Program-made: the position numbers and the translations under genes
Part shown: in pieces, positions 37,621-51,581 of the stretch
How the letters are laid out: every line of letters begins with the position of its first letter
Position numbering within the stretch: position 1 is the first letter of the stretch
Assembly: GCA_951406725.2 (NCBI GenBank)
Contig: OX597816.1
Span: forward strand, 93,124,001 to 93,188,000
From: Octopus vulgaris
Taxonomy: Eukaryota
DNA length: 64,000 nucleotides
Reading direction: 5' to 3'
The notes under the pieces: model-generated
The model's database searches: none
What the model was told of the DNA's origin: nothing
What the model saw: only the letters and a program-made list of their open reading frames with translations

Positions 37621-37871
37621 AAATGCGCCCATTTAAAGCCTAGCCAGGCTCATGGGTCCGATATCCCAGTTTCTATGGCGTATGTGTTCCCCAGCTGGAT
37701 GAGACACTAGTCCATCACTGTGTTACTCATTTTTGCCAGCTGAGTGGACTGGAGCAACATGAAATGAAGTGTTTTGCTCAAGAACACAACGCATCACCCA
37801 GTCCAGGAATTAAAACCACAATCTTATGATCATGATGCTGACACCCTAACCACTAAGCCACGTGCTTCCAC
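37621..37871 (-). mobile_element. SINE family D
   Basis: Matches 30360-30611. Confidence 0.9.
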
Positions 37872-37991
37872 ATACATACATATGTAATTTTATTAGATTT
37901 TAAAGTTTCTTGACAAAATCTTCAAATTAGAAAAGATGAATAGGTTGATTCTCACATTGTACTGAATAAGGTAGAACTATATATATATTTT

Positions 37992-38297
37992 TGGAAGCAC
38001 ATGGCCTAGTGGTTAGAGCAGTGGACTCACGGTTGGGGGATTGTAGGTTCAAATCTCAGACTGGGCAATGTGTGTGTTTATGAGTGAGACACCTAAGCTC
38101 CATGCAGATCCAGTAGAAAGCAATAGTGAACTTCTACTGACTCTTCCACCACAACTTTCTCTCACTCTTTCCTCCTGCATCTAGCAGCTCACTTGTGACA
38201 GACCAGCATCCCATCCAGTTGAGGAACCTATATGCCAATGAAACTAGGAAACTAGCCCTTATGAGCCAGACATGGTTCGAGAAGGAACAAACAGCAA
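37992..38297 (+). mobile_element. tRNA-head SINE related to family D
   Basis: A box TGGCCTAGTGG, B box GGTTCAAATCT and a 3' part (CATCCCATCCAG...GAAACTAGCCCTTATGAGCC) shared with family D. Confidence 0.75.
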
Positions 38298-38785
38298 AGG
38301 AATAAGTCATGTTTTCTGTCAGCAGATCCAACTGAATTCATGCAAAAACAATATCACCCTGGAATATTCAATGATATTAGTTTCTCTTTGTATGAAACAT
38401 TCAGTTACCATTTATGTACAATAATAATTCTTATGTGATAATTCTTCAAACCAAGTATGTAGTAAAAGAGCATTAGAATACATAATGATGAGTCAGTGGA
38501 ATAATCTGTATTGTTTTATTACTGTTAATAAAACCTGAGCAAGATGACAGAACTTGTCCTCACCATAAAATGCAGGGTTTAAACTATTTCCTTTCAAGAT
38601 GTGGTCATGGCTGTGCGGTTAAGAAGTCAGCTTCCCAATTACATGATTTCAGGCTCAGTTGTAGTGCATGACCCCTTGGGCAAATATCTTGTATTATAGT
38701 CCCAAGCTAACCAAAACTTTGTGAATGGATTTTGGTTGAAAAAATTGAAAGAAGCCCAGTACATATATACATACATAATAATAAA

Positions 38786-39018
38786 TAAATGTACCCTTTT
38801 AAAGCCTAACCAGGCTCATGGGTTTCAATGGTGTTCCCCAGCTGGATGCGACACCAGTCCATTGCAGCGTTACTCATTTTTGCCAGCTGAGTCGATGGAA
38901 GCAATGTGAAATGAAGTGTTTTGCTCAAAAACACAATGTGTTGCCCGGTCCAGGAATCGAAACCACAATCTTACGATCATGGTGCCGACACCCTAACCAC
39001 TAAGCCAGGCGCCTCCAC
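38786..39018 (-). mobile_element. SINE family D (adjacent to a family A 5' half at 38605-38760)
   Basis: Matches 30360-30611. Confidence 0.9.
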
Positions 39019-39044
39019 ATATACATACATATATATAAATTTAT

Positions 39045-39270
39045 GGTGGTTATCTACTCCTTATGCAGTTTGACCAACTCCTGTACCTACACTTTAGAAC
39101 CATCATGGCATCTGATATGGCTTTCTAAACCAGACAATGTTTTGAAAAGACACCCCCATAGATTGCATATTCGATTTGGACCACCAATTGCTGCAGTTAA
39201 ATTCTGATCTTTGTAGATCTTAAAATGTCTTTTGAGGCCTCCATTAGATCTGCAGACCTTTTGGCTGGCA
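39045..39270 (-). mobile_element. LINE (RTE-BovB-like) C-terminus with two decayed C2H2-like fingers and a short 3'UTR
   Basis: KVCRSNGGLKRHFKIY...CNLWGCLFKTLSGLESHIRCH-stop (cf. CxxCxRxxxSxxGLxSHxRxH). Confidence 0.6.
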
Positions 39271-39419
39271 TGCATACATACATACATGCATACACATGCA
39301 TGCATGCACACACACACACACACACACATACATACCTACCTACATACATACATATAATGGATTCTGTTGTCATTAGACAATGTATTCAACAATTTCTTAC
39401 CAAACAACCACACAGATGA

Positions 39420-39652
39420 TTTGCTTATAGTGATCAAATGCTTGTGTAAGCATTAGCTCACTCTCTCCATCAAATCGACATTACCTGTATAGGTGCACCA
39501 TGTGCCACATGTCAAATGTTGAAATGATCGCAGAGTAACTTGAAATGAAGTGCTTTGCTCAAGAAAACAACGCAATGCCCATTCTGGAAATGAGACACTT
39601 GATCTTGCAATCATGAGTGCAACACCCTAACCACTAAGCCATGTGCCTTCAC
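39420..39652 (-). mobile_element. SINE with a family D head and a different tail
   Basis: TGAAATGAAGTGCTTTGCTCAAG...CACCCTAACCACTAAGCCATGTGCC is shared with family D. Confidence 0.75.
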
Positions 39653-41404
39653 ACACACACATGCACACATATATATAAACATACATATATAAGTAAATGT
39701 GAGTGAGTGTGCATGTGTGAGTGTGAGTGTGTGTGTGTGTTCTTTCATTTTGCATAGCGGCTGTAAACAATCATCCCTGTCTTACAAGTACTGTTCTTTA
39801 TTTCCATTCTTCCACCAAAAGCATTTTAGCTTGCTTGGAAACAGGTGGAATTGGTAACAGGAAGGACATCTGTTTGTAGAAAATTTACATCAATAAATCA
39901 ATCTGACCAAATATGATGATAGTGAGGATGTTGATGATGACCACAATGATGATGAGGAGAGGGAAGAAGGGGAAAAGGAGAAAACAGAGGAAGAAGAATA
40001 TTAAGTGAAAAATGTAATATGATTCTGTGAAATTGATAATTTATTTTCTGTAAGATAAATGGACTATGGAAATGTTTTAATAAAACCGCCAATGAAATTC
40101 ATATTTGATAATAAATAAGGAGTAAATTATCACTGGTAAAATAAAAGTAGAGGAGCTGCTTTGGTGCTTTTCAGCATTCTGGAGATTTTCATTTATCATT
40201 ATTTCTGTTCATTTTGTTTAAACTAAAAATGAAAACTAGATTATCATGCCAGCATTTTTTCTACCCCTTCTATTTACTGGAAGGCCTTCACTTCAGCCAT
40301 TTGACCTTGTCAGCAATATTTTATCACTTTTGTCATATTAAGGAGGACTAGCTCTAAAGATGTGTTTGTACCACATTCTGGCTAGAAACTTTATTTTTAA
40401 TATAGCTTACAAGAGTGAAACAATATTAGGTCTTCATGTTCCTGCAAATATGATGGAAAAAATTTGAGTGGGAGATACTAACAATCTCAACACGATGTAT
40501 ATTCACTAATACCAGTAAAGCAAATTTTTCTAGGCTCACATTTTGAAAATCTTTATTTTATCTTATTGCAAAAGATGCTTAATCCAGATAGAATTTAAGG
40601 AAATGCTTATTTTTTTTTTTTTTTTAACTCTGGTATTTTTTCTATTGGTTTCGATTTTGAACCACTAAGAAGTGACAGGAACATAAACACACCAACACCA
40701 GTTGTCAAGCAGTGGTGGAGTACGGACACAGACACACACATAAACATACATATATATACACAATAGAATTTCAGTTTCCATCAACCTAATCCACTAACTG
40801 TATCATAACTACAATGTTTTGCTTCTTTCAGATTGTTAAATCTATATTTCATTCATCTTAAACTCATCCAATACATTTACTTATTTCTTCTCTTCTGACC
40901 CTTATTCTAAAAACAACCCTCTGAATTGCAGGTCTCTGGGCAAAGCAGTGTATTAGGGACCTACATAAACTGTAGCATACCTAGATTAAGCATTGGTTCC
41001 TTAGTCTCATAGTGCCCCCTGGATGGCCAACGGCCCTATATGTCCATGCCTTTCGATGCCAGTACCTGTAGCAACTACATGTTCACTAAAATATTCTTAC
41101 TCACAATGATAATTCCATCAAGCTCTTTTTTTACAAATGCTTTCATGCAAGCATTAGCCTGGCATATTTTATTATGAATACTATTTGTATTAATCACTTC
41201 CAATTAGGCTTTAAGGTTCAAAGGTCATTAAAAAGCTAGGCACCTCAATGAAGCAATTAAACATGTGTGAGCATACACACACACACATATATATATATAA
41301 ATATATGTATCTTTCTTTCTCTCTCTCTCTCTCTCTCTCTGTACACATACACACACACATATATATAAATATATGTATCTTTCTTTCTCTCTCTCTCTCT
41401 CTGT

Positions 41405-41440
<36 letters not shown>

Positions 41441-42311
41441 CTTCAGTACTCAAACTATACCAGTATGTGCACTGAGTTGTATGCTTACTGTTGGATGTTT
41501 ATAATTTAACCATTCTTTTTGTAGGTTTGTTTTATCATGTCTGACAGGATCTAACCCCCACCACTACCAACAACAACAACAAGACCAACGAAAAATATAA
41601 AATAACAGTGACAACAACAAGACGTATGAAAGCATAAATCAACACTGACAGCATTTCAACTCATAATCATAAAATTATCAAATCGGATGCCCTATCCCTC
41701 AGCTCAATTACTTACTAAAGATGAAGTATTTTTTATCTAAAATAATCTATTCAAAATGTTACTATTAATTCTTTTATCCTATTTACTAACCTCATGCCAT
41801 GAAAGATGTCAAAACAATGAAATATATAAAAGTATTACATTTACACTGAATTTCTTTGCGCAAACCAATTCTTAAAAGAAAAAAAATACATGGAAAACAT
41901 TTTAAAATGTGTGTTGGTTTTTTTATTTTTTTATTAATTTTACTTAAACTATTAATTCCTTTTTAAGATTGGAAACAATTTTTTATAGCAATAATAAATT
42001 TTCTTTTACCTTTCTTATAAAATCTCCCATGAAAGTCATGTTATATTTATCAATGCATTATTTTTATTTACCAGTACATATAATGTATGTATGTATGTAT
42101 GTATGTATGTATGTGTGTGTATGTATGTGTGTGTGTATGTGTGTGTATATATATTATCCAAAATGTATGTTTATATATTTGTGTGTGTGCGTACATATAT
42201 ATAAATCCAAATGTATACAAATACATGCACACACACACAATTGTATTTTCATATTTTCATGTGTGTAAATGTAAAGTGTAAAAGATGGATGTGTATATGT
42301 GTATACATTTG

Positions 42312-42347
<36 letters not shown>

Positions 42348-42420
42348 CACATACACACATATACGTGTATATATTATATTATATAACAATACATACATGT
42401 AAACACACACAAGTGTGCAT

Positions 42421-42455
<35 letters not shown>

Positions 42456-42623
42456 TAAATACTGTTTACATTATTTTTTCTGTGTCTACAAACACCTAAA
42501 TGTACAATCATACTGGTAACATATACTCATTCATATTAATAAATCTTTAACATTACATCTCTTTTTGCATACATACATACACACATATATATATATGTAT
42601 GTATTGGATACATATATATATAC

Positions 42624-42693
<70 letters not shown>

Positions 42694-42987
42694 CTATACA
42701 CACATGCACACATGTACATACAGACAACCAAAATAAAAAGGAAAGAAATTCTGTTCTCATACATAGTCCCAGTTTTCTTTCTTTTTCAAAGCATCCACTT
42801 ACTGTCCGTGTGATTGATGTTATACTATACAGCATGGTGGCTGCATATGCATTGAAACAACCCATCCTCATATATAAAGTGCTTTCACTTACTAACTCTT
42901 GAAATGACTTCATAGAAATCATTGTAAAGAAAATATAAAATAAAAAGAACAATAAAAGAAATTGATGAACAAATAATACATAGTACA

Positions 42988-43025
<38 letters not shown>

Positions 43026-43825
43026 AAAGAAACTACTAAAATGTTGACAGAAAGACAAGATGAGGGAAATTGTGAAAAGGATGGAAATAGCAAAAACTAA
43101 AGACAACATTTTGAAAAGTTTGTAAAAGGACTCTTTGACCAAATAAAAAAAAATCTCTTCAGTATATTTGGTATTGAAGCTGTCACTTGTCAGATTAGAA
43201 AATGTCCCATTTCATGGCAATGTCTTTGACAAGTGATCACAAATGCTGTATTTAGAAAACTAAGCTAGAGAGACTATGGTCAATGACTCATAAATTCCCA
43301 CTACCATTTCATGTTATTAATGTTAAATTGACATCTTCTTTACCTCATGTTTCGGTTTATTATTGTTTTCTTTTCTTTTCTACAAATAGAAATGTAGATT
43401 TAGAGTATCTATAACAAAAGTTGACCTCAAAACAAACTTCAGTCTGAACTGGGCTTGCATGCATTACCAAGACATTGAAGAGAGCTGATCAAGAAGTTTT
43501 CTTAAGAACAAAATACAGTAAGTAGAAGAGCCTAGCCATGAATGTATTATTGGTTCATGTAACATGGCATGGTATTTCAATCATATTTTAATAAGATGAT
43601 TATAGTTGTTGGATAGAAAATATAGCAATGATGGTGGAGGTGGTGGCTGATGATAGTGATGGTTGCATGACTAGAGCTGTACTTTCTCGAACCAAATGCA
43701 GCCAGTGTATTTATTTTTATCATTCTTGGATAAAGTCTCTTAACAATGAACTCACTACTAAGTATTACTAACAATTCGTAAATATTTATTGTATAATAAC
43801 AATAAATCATATGTGCATACACATA

Positions 43826-44215
43826 TTCTTTTATTCTTTTACTTGTTTCAGTTATTTGACTGCAGCGACCATGCTGGAACACCACATTTAGTTGAACAAA
43901 TCAACCCCAGGACTTATTCTTTGTAAGCCTAGTACTTATTCTATTGGTCTCTTTTCCCAAACCACTAAGTTACAGGGATGTAAACACACCAACATCGGTT
44001 GTCAAGCAATGGTGGGGTATAGACACAGACACAAATACATACATATATATATATATTATATATATACATGATGGGCTTTTTTCAGTTTCCATCTACTCAA
44101 TCCACTCACAAGGCTTTGGTTGGCCAAAGGCTATAGTAGTAAAGACTTGCCCAAGGTGCCACACAGTAGGACTGAACCTGGAACCATTGGTTGGGAAGCA
44201 GACTTCTTACCACAC
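43826..44215 (-). mobile_element. SINE family A, full length
   Basis: Reverse complement of the 60521-60870 organisation: head, internal microsatellite, 3' half. Confidence 0.85.
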
Positions 44216-44487
44216 AGGAGAATGCATTACTCCAATGTATCAGTTTTATCATGGTCTTTAAGCCTGGATGCCTTTCTTAACATCAATCACCTTACAGAGT
44301 GTCCAAGGTGCACCTTTCTCATAGCAACGGCACTTTAATCTTGTTCTCAGCAAGACTAAAGGCACATACACACACACATACACACGCACTAACACAACAA
44401 GTTATTTATCTCTGTATCTGTGTTGAGCTTTTTGCCAGGCTGTGCTACTTAGTGGTTTTAAAGTTTCTTACAAATGCATATTTTCAG

Positions 44488-44529
<42 letters not shown>

Positions 44530-45039
44530 TATACATATATTCACATATACGTATACACACACATATGTCTACATATACATATACACACACATATTCACAC
44601 ACACACATTCACACATACACGCATTTCCTTGTACATTAGGCTTCTCTTAACTAGTTTCCAAAGGTAAACATACAATGCGTTTGTAACACACAAACTCCAA
44701 AGTTATGAGTATTTTGCTCATAAAATCTCTATTAACTTAGTTAATTGATCATTAATATCAAATAATACAGAAAATATTTCCATGTAATTTAATTTGTATC
44801 TGTAAAATCATGTTATTAATTTTAGAATTATTATTGAATAAAATCTGTATTTATTGCTTGAATTAGCTGTATTTTACTTTTGATATGCTAGTATGTTTAA
44901 TATAACATTGTCTGTATTTGCATTCATACTCTTTTTTACAATCCTCAAGAGTATTGTTTTAAAAGCTTAAAATGGATATTTACAACATTATTTTTGATTA
45001 TTTCCCCATCCTGTCCTGAAAATGGCTGTTAAATGAATT

Positions 45040-46310
45040 GAAGGTGGGCAAAGTTTTGATGGACTGGCCAAGAATCTTAGAAAAGCAATCATCATAGTAA
45101 TAAGTTGGATATCTTAAAGAAGCAAGAATAAGGTGATAAGATATCACTAACTTCTACAATCTTTCTTTGTCAATTCTTGTCACTATTGACAACAAAAAAA
45201 AAAGAAAGAAAGAAATAGAACAAATTACAATATGTCCAAACCTCTTTAAGTGTAAAGATGGTAAGTATGCATCAACAGAATGTGATTCAAGACATGAAAT
45301 GTGTGTTAACACTGTGGCTTGATGATGTCGGTGAATTTCCAATGAATATTGCTCCTGCCCAAGAAAATACTTTTGCTTTATATGAAATCTCATAGAAAAA
45401 TCTGAAGAGAATGTTGAATTTAGAGTTGCTGTTGTTGCTGTCCCAGGATTTACAGCAAGTTCAGATTGGTTTGACTGCTTCAACAGGTGGTGCAATATGT
45501 ACCACTTAAAAAAGAGTATGGCAGCATGTATGATAAACAGACAGCAGCTGAGTGTCTAAGTATTTTGAAGGGAAATTATATTTTGGTATAGATATATTCT
45601 TAACAAATTGCTAATTTAAGCAGAAACACCTTTTACTGAAAAGAAAGCCCAGTTGCAACAGGCATGATTAATATATCAAAGGTGACCTCCAGAAGACAAG
45701 AAACCTCTGAGTACAAGATCTCAGTTCTTCATAGTATATATGTGCTAAGGGTTATGTAAAACTGAAGCCACTCTTGTTAATTCTGTTACCTCAAAAACAC
45801 AACTCAATAAATTCAATCAAAGGACCATAGTGCATTCTCTACACCCACAAGCAGTTGATTGTGATAGAAAACTAAAGGCTCAACATCAAACATATGTTTT
45901 GAATCGGTTAAAGGAATTAAACAGGTATGCAAATTTTCAAGTTATTTAGAGATTCAACTAATTTGGATTACTTTGTAATTATTTACACACATTGCTTTGA
46001 GATATTCTAACAAGAAGAACATATCCCATAAAATACTGTAATTGTCTGATAATGCTCCTTATATTATCAACTTGTCTTATCTCAGTGACCTATTTTGGAT
46101 GAGGTTTCTTCCTCAAAATCAAAACTCAATAAATCTAGTCAATGGGCCATAACATATTCTCTGCATCTCCAGGCAAATAATTCATGCAGTTGATAGTTTC
46201 ACCATCAAAGAAGTTCAATATCAAACATCAAAGATATAATTGGCAATGTTTTGAATCAGGTAAATTTGAACAACAAGAAAAATGCATTCCAATGTTGTCC
46301 TTTACTGACC
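45040..46310 (+). pseudogene. Tigger/pogo (CENP-B-like) transposase relic, heavily decayed
   Basis: FTASSDWFDCFNR at about 45449 (cf. FxASxGWFxRFKxR), KLKPLL, KIL*LSDNAP at about 46030 and FLPQN. Confidence 0.65.
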
Positions 46311-46704
46311 AAGCTTTGAAAATCCTTGTAAGCAATACTTTAATATTAATCTTGATCATAATACTGAAACTGCCCATGCAGTGCGAAATACTTAGCAGCA
46401 TTTTGTCCGTCTTTATGTTCTGGGTTCAAATTGTGCCACAGTTGATTTTGCCTTTCATCCTTTTGGGATTGATAAAATAAGTACCAGTATATTATTAAGT
46501 ATATTTATATATCTATATATTTTTAATACATGATTTTGTGCACATAATAATTTTACAGCAAAATATATTTTACTAAGTTATCTTTTATCTCTCATCGTTA
46601 TTTTTCCTATGACTCAAATATACTGAGCACTTTGGTGTGCCCTACACATAGAGAAACTTTCATCTCTTGAAAATAAATTATATATTTATATACACATACC
46701 ATAT

Positions 46705-46774
<70 letters not shown>

Positions 46775-47814
46775 ACATTTATATATTATTACATTTATAT
46801 ATTTGTTTTGCAAGATTCTTGATGTGAAATCGTGTGTTGAAACAGATGTTGTATTTAGGAATGGTCATGTTTCCAGTTTAGTCAATAAAAACACACACAC
46901 TATATATTTGGTGTTAATTTGCTTCAGCTTTTTTTATTCTGTGAACTCATCAGTGGTCCTTTGCTTTCTTCTTTCTTATTTGTGTGTCTCTCCTTACTAA
47001 CGGTCAGCCATTTTGTATTCCTGTTGTATATGAAAGAGAATAGGGTAGAGGCAGATAAGAATATTGTGTTAGACTCATGTAATAACTATATTCTTGAACA
47101 CTCATATACTGCATACTACATTGCATAATATTCTTCATACTCTAATTAAGTAATCTACAATATTTGATAATTTATCCTAAATTTTTATTGTCTGAGAGAC
47201 AATATGTGTGGCTCTGAAAGCATCAAAACTTATGAGGCACAAGTAGATCAAAAGTAATATAGAAGTGTGTGTGTTCATGCGTGAGTGCATGCATGTGTAA
47301 GTGTTGTAGTGTGCAGAGAAATACTTTGTTACCTGCTATTTATATCAGTCCACAATTGATCAGTGCAGAAAGATTATTCTCCAGGAAACCATTTATGTCA
47401 GGTGATCATTGCACACAAAAAGCTACATGCACTTTCAAACGTAAAAGTAATTTCTACAAAACTGTCATTTTATATTATCAAAGATATTCTCTGCCAATTA
47501 CAAAAAGTAATAATTTCGAATGTCAGCTTTTCTCGTGTATTATTTGAGACAAAAAAAAAAAAGAAAAATCACTTTCTGTAATTTTATTACACTACAAGCA
47601 AGGAAACATTTTAAGTTCTTTTCTTTTTTTTTAATGAAGAATCAATAATTATGTTTGATCAATAATTATCTATGACAATTCTCATAGAACAAGGATAAGC
47701 TACTGTTTAGGTAAGTCTGCTACAACCCAGTTTTGATTCTCTTTGTTGCAGTAATTTCTCTTCAATTACATTGGAAATGACAGTTGTGGTTAGCAAAGTT
47801 GATAGGGAAGTGGA

Positions 47815-48160
47815 AGTGAAGGTATATGGCCTAGGAATCATGAGTTCTTGGCTCCTGATCATAAGTTAATGAGTTTAATTTCTGAACAAGGAAGTATGTT
47901 TTGTCCTTGAGCAAGGCACCTCATTTCCCATTTCTCCAATCTGCTCTACATTAATGAATAATAGCCAGGTTTTGGTGCAGCCCCCTCTCTGTCACACTCT
48001 GGGTGTTCCAAGGTGTATAGGGAGAGAGAACAATGAGGTTATTTATATCTACATAAGTGCCTAAAACAATTGCTGGAAGTATAGCACTTCCTACCAAGCC
48101 ATACTTGCTCATGGGTATTTGACAATCATTGAGTAAAGGGATTAATAATTCATGCCCTTG
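47815..48160 (+). mobile_element. Degenerate tRNA-head SINE
   Basis: ATGGCCTAGG head and TGTCCTTGAGCAAGGCAC core. Confidence 0.55.
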
Positions 48161-48164
48161 TAAC

Positions 48165-48430
48165 TAGATCCTACCCCAGGTGGGAATAGATGGAGAGGTT
48201 ACCAGCTGAAGAAATGGCTCATGACAGTCAAAGCAGGTATAGAGCTCGTTTCCAGCCCTCGATTCCTTGGTGTTTGTTGCTGGAACTAGGAATGGCTTCA
48301 ACACGCTGCAGAATTGGTTGCTAACAGACATACTTGGACCACTTCGACTCATGAAACAGTGAACTCAATAGGAGCTGGCTTAACCCCTCTTGGATGAATG
48401 CCATTGCAAGGAGGAGGAGGAGGAGGAGGA
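48165..48430 (+). mobile_element. RTE-clade LINE 3' end (SR2-like C-terminus) with (GGA)n tail
   Basis: NRWRGYQLKKWLMTVKAGIELVSSPRFLGVCCWN*EWLQHAAELVANRHTW resembles KRxRGGQxKTW..TxK.D.E...GP...G.RxW...W....LA.NR..W. Confidence 0.6.
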
Positions 48431-49484
48431 AAACTGCTGCTATACATGTCTTTGTCCAAACTATTTTTACTCCAATTGACTATCTATTTGAAAGGGAGTT
48501 TGTATCATGGTCGAAATTACTAATAAGCATGAGCAATAACAATTCAGAATCGTTAACTTCTTGTTAACTAATATTACCATCCGCTACCACCATCAAAGAA
48601 ATACTTGAAACTGAGGGTCATAGCTCTGATACCTTTGTAAGAGAAATGTTAATGACTAAATAACTTTGTTTTCAAGAGAAAATATTTATCTTTTGTCCCA
48701 TGACTTTCAATGGTTGAGAAAATATTTTCTTATTACAGAAAGTTAGTTTATTGCTTTAAAATTTCAGGAAAATAGGGCTCCATTTTTTAACAATAAAGCA
48801 TGTAGAATAAAATATAGTTCTTAAATGTGCAACAAATCACCTTTAGTTTATTTGAACTCAAGACCTCTGAGCTCAATCTTTACACTTGTACTGTAATGCT
48901 TTGAAAAACAGAGGAGTGTCACAGAATCTGATTGTTGCTCATCTTTATTTTTAAGGTAAAATGGCTATGTGAGAAATAAATTAATAATAAATCAAGTGAT
49001 GTTTTTGTAGAACAGCCTTTTTGAAAATGGCTTTTGATGAATTACATCGATTGGAAAACAGACCCATCAACACTATTTGATCAAAAACATGGTTTTCTCA
49101 TCTGATTTCTTTGGATTACAGTGCTCTTGTTTTGCAGTGACCTGACCTTCAAAACATGTTAAGGAAAAATATATGGTACTTAAACTTAAGCAGTTCTCAT
49201 ACAGAGAGAAATGGTAGTTTATAAACAAGAAATATAAGGATAAGTGTTCAAAGGAAATATAATGTTGAAAAACAAGGACAGTTCATTGCAGAAAACATGA
49301 CTTTGATGCCAAACACTTTTGTTCATTAAAAGTTGTGACAAGTTTTTATTAAATAGAATAAGAAACTGGAAAATGGTTTTTAGTGTAAACAGTCAGCTGA
49401 AGACTGCTTTGATTGAAATAACAACTTTTATGTACTCAGTAGTTCTTCACATATTTTATCAGCTTTCATAATAAACAATGCAGA

Positions 49485-49640
49485 TGATGTGGACGACGAT
49501 GATGGCAATGATGATGGTGATGATGATGGTAGCAATGACAATGATGAAGATGATAATGATGACAATGACAACAACAACAATAATAACAACAAGAGTAAAG
49601 ATGAGGATGATGATAGCTATTACAATAATGATAATAAAAA
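49485..49640. repeat. (GAT)/(AAC)/(AAT) trinucleotide low-complexity tract
   Basis: Directly visible. Confidence 0.9.
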
Positions 49641-50241
49641 TAACATAATTTTTGTGGAATTACGATATTGCAGACTATGAAAGCAATCTCAAAACCAACT
49701 GACTGAAATATCAACACTTGCCATCCCAGTCTTGACATAATTCAACTTTTGACAGATATTAAGAAATAGATTCCTTTTTAATGTTAACATCTTTAAAGAA
49801 GCAACAAAATTTTTATGTCTTCTTAATAATTCATGTTTTATAGATCTACTACACATATGTTCCATAATTCTTTTACTGCTTTCAGACATTGAGCTGTAGC
49901 TGTGCTAGGACACTATCTTGAGAGATTTAGCCAAACAAATCAGTTTCAGTACCATATTTTATGTTCGGTACTTATTCTGTCATTGTGTTTTTGTCAAGAT
50001 GCTAAGTTACAGGAGTGCAAACAAACCAACACTAGTTGTCAAGCAGTGTGTGTAACAGTCACAAAGATACACACACACACAGACACAAATACACACACAT
50101 ACATGCATTTTTACATACATGTACTACACACACACACATCATGGATGAGAAGGCTCTAGTATAAACAGACTGAAAACCATTATATATGTGTGTGTGTGTA
50201 TACACACACACACACACATATATATGTAACATATATATAAC

Positions 50242-50278
<37 letters not shown>

Positions 50279-50286
50279 CATACATA

Positions 50287-51538
50287 CAGGGGTTGGACAA
50301 AATAATGGAAACACCTTAAAATTTCAAATAAATTTGTTTTAATATTGAGTAGGACCGTCTTTGGCAGTAATTACAGTTTGAATTCTATGAGGTATGGACT
50401 TGTACATAGTTTGAATTGTTTCCAAAGGAATTTTTGTTCATTCTTCAGCTAAAACAGTCTGCAGCGATGATGGCGGAGGATATCAACTCTTTACTTGTTT
50501 TTCTAAACTGCATCATAAATGTTCAATAAAATTGTGATCTGGGGACTGTGGTGGCCAGATAAGATGTTCAACTTCACTAGAATGTTCCTCGTACCAGTCA
50601 GTAACAACTTTAGCTGTATGAATTGGTGCATTATCATCCTAAAAGATTGTGTTTCCCTCCAGAAACAGTTCTACAACCATAGGAAAAATTTGATCAGACA
50701 AAATGCTTAAATAGTCTTGACTATTAATTTTACCATGAAGGAAAACCATTGGGCTGGTGAAATTCCAAGATATAGCTCCCCCCACCCCCAGATCATCACA
50801 GATCCTCCTCCATTTTTGAAGAAGGCAGTCTGGGTCAAATGCATCTCTTGGCTGTCTCCACACATATACTCAGCCAGTGGTCGGAAATAAGGTAAAGGAT
50901 GACTCATCCGACAAAATAACATTCTTCCACTGCTCTAGGGACCAATTCCATAGGTTTTTACTCCACTCTAAACGCTTTGCAATGTTTGTTTTTGAAAGTA
51001 GTGGTTTTCTGTTTGCAGCCCTCCCATGAAATCCAACTTTGTGCTTCTCCCAGCTAACAGTTTTAGTAGAAACTAAGTTCTCGAGGTGGTCATTAAGCTC
51101 TTCAGTAATTTTGGGAGCTGTACTTTTGTGATCCTTTCTAACAATTTGTGTAAGAGTCCGACTGTACCTATCTGAAAGTTTTGGTTTTCTCCTAGAGTTT
51201 TTTTTTTCCCCCTTCTTTCTCAAAGGCTCTCATTACTTTTGAGACAGTACTTCTTCATACACCAAACAATTTGGCCATTTTTGTTACACTAGCACCTGCC
51301 ATATGAACACCAACAATTTGACTCTTTGAAAGTCCAATAGATCTGTCATTTTAATGAATTTTAATTACCTTTTTCTGATGATATCTGAAAAGAAACAGCA
51401 ATTTTAGCAAAATATATTAAGCAACACTAATAATAAATTTAAAAACATAAAAATAAACAAGCTTTTGACGATTTTATAGATATTTCAAAATTATGATGCT
51501 ATGATGCTAGGTGCTTCCATTATTTTGTCTAACCCTTG
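50287..51538 (-). mobile_element. Full-length Tc1-like transposon (DD36E spacing) with TA TSD
   Basis: TA|CAGGGGTTGGACAAAATAATGGAAACACC ... GGTGCTTCCATTATTTTGTCTAACCCTTG|TA; 1252 bp. Confidence 0.92.
50339..51349 (-). pseudogene. Tc1-family DDE transposase pseudogene
   Basis: MTDLLDFQR...GRAANRKPLL...WKNVILSDESSF...GGGSVMIWG...F*DDNAPIHTAK...WPPQSPDHNFIEHL, with several stops and frameshifts. Confidence 0.92.
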
Positions 51539-51541
51539 TAC

Positions 51542-51579
<38 letters not shown>

Positions 51580-51581
<2 letters not shown>

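Noticed and set aside
41270-41440. About 65-bp tandem duplication
   Set aside because: It is real but made mostly of microsatellites and looks like ordinary slippage.
49489-49680. Acidic D/N-rich ORF
   Set aside because: It is a trinucleotide repeat with no splice or homology support.
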